From the NCBI RefSeq assembly GCF_040938485.1, contig NW_027270924.1:248001-312000 (forward strand): a DNA stretch of 64,000 nt. The letters are read 5' to 3'. The DNA comes from Diadema antillarum. Its lineage: Eukaryota. Position 1 is the stretch's first letter. Each line of letters opens with the position of its first letter. Both the position numbers and the translations under genes were made by a program. A model generated the notes under the pieces. That model was not told where the DNA came from. It made no database searches and saw only the letters and a program-made list of their open reading frames with translations. Below are positions 62,501 through 64,000 of the stretch, piece by piece.

Positions 62501-63568
62501 CCATGTGATATCCATTTTTGCTCAAACAAAATTGCACAACTGACAGCGACAGCATGCGTTGGCACTTTTAACAGCATGTCACGTGATGAGCAATCGACCA
62601 ATCGGATAGCTACATTCGTTTTAGGTATATAAACTGTGATGCACCACCTTGTTACTTCCCTCTCCAGTGCTAGTCCAAGCCCACATGCGAGGCCCTGAGG
62701 TCGTCAACGTCGGAAGCGGCCAGGTGGGGGGTCAGCCACGTGCCGGGCCCCAAGTGGTCAGACAGGCACCCAGGGCTGGCAGTGGCGGGGGCGGGGGCAA
62801 CTTCTCAGCCCAGCAACTCTATTCGGCCATCATGATGGCCACCCAGGCCAGCGTCATGCCCGGGGCCAGTAGCCCCACCGTGGAGCAGTTTCTGACCAAT
62901 TTGTCCCTGGAGCACTCGTTTGGGGATGGTGAGGCGCTTGTTTCCTCAGATCTTTCATAGACTGTTACATGTCACATTCTCATTATCTATAAAATGCATT
63001 TTATGTTCAGTGTACGTGATGCCATTGTCTCTAATATCATGGAAGATGGAAGCTGTGAAATAACTTGTGATTGAAAATGAGCCATGCTCATGAGCAATGA
63101 GCAATGCTTCATAGTTATGGATATCTCAAAGTCACTGGATTTATCATGCTAAAAAATGTTGTAATACCACAGTAATATTTGTATTTTCATAATCTGGTAG
63201 TAACAGCAAAATTTGCAAAAGTTTTATGTACAGCTCTTCTTGATTTTTGTTACACAGCAAGAAAGATTGACAGTGTTTTACTGTTAGCCACTACAGTTTT
63301 AAAGTGTGTCTACAAGGAATGAGAAAAGATATCCGCCTGTCCTTCCTGTCATGCACAACTTTTTTCATCTTCTCCTCCTTCTTCCGACTACATCCCAGGA
63401 ATGGTGGGCGACCTGTTCAACGTCCTACAGCGCAGCCTGACCATGTCCGACATGGTCCTCCTCTTCATGGGAAACATGTCGCCTATGGGACGCATCCGGC
63501 CGCAGCTGGCAGAGCACATCCGCACGCGCACCCTGGACGGTCAAGCAGCAACGCCTGAAAACATCAAG
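43569..63568 (+). CDS. BAG6: Large proline-rich protein BAG6 (BAT3/Scythe), 3'-partial; 15 coding exons, 958 codons within the window
   Basis: N-terminal ubiquitin-like domain ([57 protein letters not shown]), then [31 protein letters not shown] and [15 protein letters not shown] segments matching BAG6. All junctions are GT-AG and phase-compatible; the gene continues beyond 64000. Confidence 0.93.
44969..45180 (+). repeat. Three 59-70-bp pyrimidine-rich tandem units ending at the BAG6 exon 2 acceptor
   Basis: CCATTATTTGAGACATGCTT..TTTTA(TA)CCCCTCAC near 45009, 45079, 45138. Confidence 0.85.
45183..45224 (+). CDS. BAG6: BAG6 coding exon 2 ([14 protein letters not shown])
   Basis: cacag / gtaagt, 42 nt. 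Confidence 0.9.
45552..46120. mobile_element. Kolobok-type MITE
   Basis: TTAA|AGGGAACGCAAACCCAAA ... TTTGGGTTTACGTTCCCT|TTAA. Confidence 0.88.
46289..46537 (+). CDS. BAG6: BAG6 coding exon 3 (UBL C-terminal half)
   Basis: aacag / gtgagt, 249 nt. Confidence 0.92.
46570..46790 (+). mobile_element. Degenerate tRNA-derived SINE
   Basis: GGTTTGAGTTC B-box-like followed by GTCCTTGAGCAAGACA core-like motif. Confidence 0.4.
46842..47088. mobile_element. TA-flanked MITE (TACTGTATATGCC...GGCGTATACAGTA)
   Basis: About 26-bp TIRs. Confidence 0.85.
47181..47252 (+). CDS. BAG6: BAG6 coding exon 4 ([10 protein letters not shown]...)
   Basis: tctag / gtgagc, 72 nt. Confidence 0.85.
47502..48285. mobile_element. 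piggyBac-type MITE
   Basis: TTAA|CCCTCTTCCCACC ... GGTGGGATTAGGG|TTAA. Confidence 0.8.
48895..49730 (-). mobile_element. 5'-truncated CR1/L2-group LINE: RT C-terminal region, 3' UTR and (GAA)n tail
   Basis: Open frame 49128-49721 [58 protein letters not shown]; (TTC)n on + near 48895-48921. Confidence 0.88.
49747..49887 (+). CDS. BAG6: BAG6 coding exon 5 ([12 protein letters not shown]...NRLE)
   Basis: tttag / gtaaaa, 141 nt. Confidence 0.88.
50411..50856 (+). CDS. BAG6: BAG6 coding exon 6 (Ser/Thr-rich)
   Basis: tgtag / gtgatt, 446 nt, phase 0 to 2. Confidence 0.82.
50919..51130. other. Assembly gap (212 N)
   Basis: N run; the flanking BAG6 exons are phase-compatible, so no exon is required inside. 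Confidence 0.99.
51452..51572 (+). CDS. BAG6: BAG6 coding exon 7 ([17 protein letters not shown])
   Basis: cctag / gtgagt, 121 nt. Confidence 0.88.
51912..52004. mobile_element. 85-bp piggyBac-type mini-MITE
   Basis: TTAA|CCCGTTGAGGATG ... CGTCTTCAACGGG|TTAA, internal palindrome CCGAGTATACTCGG. Confidence 0.8.
52470..52580. repeat. 57-bp tandem duplication
   Basis: ATACCACACCAACTTTA..TCCTTGTACA twice. Confidence 0.8.
52611..54767. mobile_element. Older Kolobok-type element interrupted by the 53290 HINE
   Basis: TTAA|AGTGAAAACTAAGTTTCGG and CCAGAACTTTGTTTGGGCT|TTAA form degenerate TIRs. Confidence 0.55.
53290..54622 (+). mobile_element. Full-length HINE nested in a Kolobok-type MITE
   Basis: subTIRs ATGCCTCCGCCA (53295) and TGGCGGAGGCAT (54583), (CCGT)n, 3' hairpin, T-rich ends. 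Confidence 0.88.
54801..54974 (+). CDS. BAG6: BAG6 coding exon 8 (AQDRRDAQ...PPRTIR)
   Basis: ctcag / gtaagc, 174 nt. Confidence 0.88.
55487..55637 (+). CDS. BAG6: BAG6 coding exon 9 (poly-Pro)
   Basis: ggtag / gtgaga, 151 nt. Confidence 0.8.
55971..57310 (+). mobile_element. Full-length HINE with about 160-bp tandem array
   Basis: subTIRs ATACCCCCGC / GCGGGGGTAT, (CGGT/CGGG)n, 3' hairpin ATCAC-CTTCA-GTGAT, units about 161 bp apart. Confidence 0.88.
57470..57780. repeat. Degenerate about 24-bp minisatellite (CTGACACTAACACTGTCATGGTA); resumes at 58349-58378
   Basis: Repeated ACTGACAC / CTGTCATGGTA. Confidence 0.8.
57782..58348. mobile_element. Kolobok-type MITE inserted in a minisatellite
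   Basis: TTAA|AGGACAAGTTCACCTTCATAAACA ... TGTTTATGAAGGTGAACTTGTCCT|TTAA. Confidence 0.9.
58418..58723 (+). CDS. BAG6: BAG6 coding exon 10 (S/T/P-rich)
   Basis: tgtag / gtgggt, 306 nt. Confidence 0.83.
59378..59602 (+). CDS. BAG6: BAG6 coding exon 11 (poly-Gln)
   Basis: cgcag / gtacct, 225 nt. Confidence 0.85.
59461..59556 (+). repeat. Coding (CAG/CAA)32 poly-Gln tract in BAG6
   Basis: 32 consecutive CAA/CAG codons. Confidence 0.9.
59804..60609 (+). mobile_element. Full-length HINE with about 157-bp tandem array
   Basis: subTIRs TGTCTCCGCCG / CGGCGGGGACA, (CCGT/GT)n, 3' hairpin ATTACGC-ACC-GCGTAAT; units near 60061, 60219, 60377, 60534. Confidence 0.88.
60626..61011 (+). CDS. BAG6: BAG6 coding exon 12 ([10 protein letters not shown])
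   Basis: tttag / gtatgt, 386 nt. Confidence 0.85.
61465..61531 (+). CDS. BAG6: BAG6 coding exon 13
   Basis: ttcag / gtaaga, 67 nt. Confidence 0.82.
61712..62198. mobile_element. Kolobok-type MITE
   Basis: TTAA|AGGCACTCAGTCG ... CGATCGGCTGCCT|TTAA. Confidence 0.6.
62260..62296 (+). mobile_element. Isolated HINE 5' terminus
   Basis: Matches the 5' end of the 26641-28079 element except for one base, then diverges. Confidence 0.7.
62668..62928 (+). CDS. BAG6: BAG6 coding exon 14
   Basis: tccag / gtgagg, 261 nt. Confidence 0.85.
63399..63568 (+). CDS. BAG6: BAG6 coding exon 15
   Basis: cccag / gtcagt, 170 nt. Confidence 0.88.
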
Positions 63569-63759
63569 GTCAGTGCATCGCTGGGGGTCATTTGTACATT
63601 GTCCGGCCTGGGCTGTTTTTGTTTCAATTGATACCTCTTGTTTTCAGTGAAGCCAGGTACAAGCTTGTGGCTAGAATGTTTCTGGAATGTGTAGAAAATC
63701 AAGCATATTTCAAAATACTGCTAGAACTTACTACCACTATTAGAACTATAACTACATCT

Positions 63760-63875
63760 AGGACTACTGGTGTTGTTATGATTACAATGATGATGATGAT
63801 AATTATGATTATAATTATAATTATAATTACTATAATTATTATAACTACTACTGTACTACAACCACTACTATAACT
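63760..63875. repeat. Compound (ATG/ATT/ACT)n microsatellite
   Basis: Direct reading. Confidence 0.8.
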
Positions 63876-64000
63876 ACTCTGAAAGTGGACATTACCTGGT
63901 GTAGAAATGTATGCGTATTTCGCGAGACGTGCAACTAGCACAAAAATAAAAGCACGTGGAAAATTTTGCTTCCTATATGTAATACTGCTTCATAGTTTGA
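63875..64000. mobile_element. Left part of a TACTGTAAAAGTGG-type MITE running off the window
   Basis: TACTCTGAAAGTGGACATT start, TTCGCGAGA motif. Confidence 0.4.

Noticed and set aside
142-64000. Most of the 60-150 aa ORFs in the six-frame track
   Set aside because: They are intronic, repeat-derived or antisense shadows of real exons (poly-L opposite poly-Q, poly-I/M from CAT repeats), and have no family motifs.

Overview
Intron-rich animal genomic DNA, most consistent with a sea urchin or other invertebrate deuterostome (inferred from the protein sequences and repeat types, not proven). It holds three spliced genes. (1) A uridine-cytidine kinase (UCK1/UCK2 co-ortholog) on +, with five coding exons at 6604-12357; the first coding exon with the GGTASGK P-loop was not found. 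(2) A complete ACTR5/Arp5 (INO80 subunit) on -, with 16 coding exons at 39698-23822 and about 711 aa. (3) BAG6 (BAT3/Scythe) on +, head-to-head with ACTR5, with 15 coding exons from 43569 (958 codons) running off the window end. Introns are packed with non-autonomous elements: Helentron-associated HINEs carrying roughly 160-bp tandem arrays, TTAA Kolobok-type and piggyBac-type MITEs, TA-flanked MITEs (some nested), degenerate tRNA-derived SINEs and one 5'-truncated LINE. There is a 212-N gap at 50919-51130. Main leads: UCK-BAG6 linkage as a possible proto-MHC relic, a candidate box C/D snoRNA, a frame mismatch between UCK exons 3 and 4, and several transposon insertions that land in splice signals yet rebuild or supply them. 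All coordinates were derived by hand. I see no evidence for a wholly new multi-gene system.
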